Shown: piece by piece, positions 35,025 through 35,688 of the stretch
How the letters are laid out: each line of letters opens with the position of its first letter
Position numbering within the stretch: position 1 is the first letter of the stretch
Assembly: GCA_030613605.1 (NCBI GenBank)
Contig: JAUWLO010000002.1
Span: forward strand, 1 to 35,688
Length of the DNA: 35,688 bases
Reading direction: 5' to 3'
Source of the DNA: Gammaproteobacteria bacterium
GTDB lineage: Bacteria > Pseudomonadota > Gammaproteobacteria > SZUA-152
The notes under the pieces: generated by a model
What the model saw: the letters and a program-made list of their open reading frames with translations, nothing else
The model's database searches: none
What the model was told of the DNA's origin: nothing
Program-made: the position numbers and the translations under genes

Positions 35025-35688
35025 ATGATCGTACCCAATGATCCTTGTCTGCCCCTTTCTATCGATCAACAACTTCTCGACGCCGTCGTTAACCTTACCA
35101 GCCAGCGCGAGCTGGAGGCTCTTGCAGAATCACTGGTGGAGTCCGTCACCAGGCTGACAAACGCACCTATTGTCTGCGTGTACACGTTAGATGGTGGGCT
35201 GGGTCATTTGTCTGCCAGGGTGGTTGCCAGCAGTAATCCTTATGAACCCAAAGGCACTCACCTTTCTTCACTTGAATCACATAGTATATTACGCGAATGT
35301 ATAGAAAATCAGCAAATCATTACCGTCGATTTGAGCAATGGTCAGCGAAAGGTATATCCAGTGTTTGAACAAGGCAATGTTTCAGGCCTGTTGCTGTGCG
35401 AATACGTACAAAATGACCTGACGCAGCCCGATGAAATGATTCAGGCTATTGCCAATGTGTATGGTAATCACCAGTCTTTGCTTAATCATCACCAGCGAGA
35501 TGGCCTGACGGGCTTGTATAATCGTGCCGCGTTGCAAAACTGGTTGGGTAAGGCATTGAATGATGACAGGCTTGCTAATCGCCGTGCCGATGGTGAAGGA
35601 TCAATTGGATGTTTCGCTTTGCTCGACATTGATTTTTTTAAACGCATTAATGATACCCAGGGCCACCTATATGGTGATGAGGTATTAC
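35025..35688 (+). CDS. GAF-like sensor / GGDEF diguanylate cyclase (3'-truncated by the window end)
   Basis: Absent from the ORF track because no stop falls in the window. It is open from the ATG at 35025 to the window end, with an in-frame stop at 35013-35015 upstream. Hand translation ends in RDGLTGLYNRAALQNWL...FALLDIDFFKRINDTQGHLYGDEVL, the N-terminal half of a GGDEF domain. The preceding ~150 aa look GAF-like. Confidence 0.8.
   Translation, partial: MIVPNDPCLPLSIDQQLLDAVVNLTSQRELEALAESLVESVTRLTNAPIVCVYTLDGGLGHLSARVVASSNPYEPKGTHLSSLESHSILRECIENQQIITVDLSNGQRKVYPVFEQGNVSGLLLCEYVQNDLTQPDEMIQAIANVYGNHQSLLNHHQRDGLTGLYNRAALQNWLGKALNDDRLANRRADGEGSIGCFALLDIDFFKRINDTQGHLYGDEVL

Noticed and set aside
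1-35688. Whole-window scan for CRISPR arrays, IS elements or transposases, integrases, prophage genes, toxin-antitoxin pairs and known defence-system signatures
   Set aside because: No spaced direct repeats, terminal inverted repeats or recombinase/nuclease-type ORFs were seen on either strand. The only TA-like element is the hydrophobic mini-gene reported as a finding.

Overview
Origin-proximal chromosomal segment of a probable gammaproteobacterium, mid-40s % G+C by eye. It is mostly housekeeping genes, with an accessory-looking right half. Left third: recF-dnaN-dnaA (minus strand) diverge from rpmH-rnpA-yidD-yidC-mnmE (plus strand), followed by lptD-surA-pdxA-rsmA. Middle: a minus-strand pair (GCS2-family carboxylate-amine ligase, then AstE/AspA-type M14 deacylase) diverges from glyQ-glyS. 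After these come a MazG-like NTP pyrophosphohydrolase, an unannotated 22-codon hydrophobic mini-gene with its own promoter-like elements, SD and terminator, gmhB-plsC, and tRNA-Arg(CCG). An AT-richer stretch follows (DUF1439-like protein, a long AsnB-like amidotransferase), then cspA. Right third: a minus-strand operon (ABC ATPase, ABC-2 permease, GldG-like auxiliary protein, DUF4340-like protein, mutM). It is followed by a c-di-GMP-flavoured plus-strand cluster: a globin-coupled diguanylate cyclase tightly coupled to a lone hydantoinase-A-like ATPase, a secreted DUF11-repeat protein, a structured 274-bp spacer, and a 3'-truncated GAF-like/GGDEF gene. I found no CRISPR array, IS element, integrase, prophage or recognisable defence gene. 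The best candidates for a second look are (i) a Bacillus-style origin module in the unusually long dnaA-dnaN spacer (DnaA boxes, a (TAA)6 DnaA-trio-like array, an AT tract), (ii) the ligase/deacylase pair, (iii) the hydrophobic mini-gene, and (iv) the globin-DGC/HyuA-like/DUF11/GGDEF neighbourhood. All functional calls rest on motif recognition by eye, since no database search was possible.
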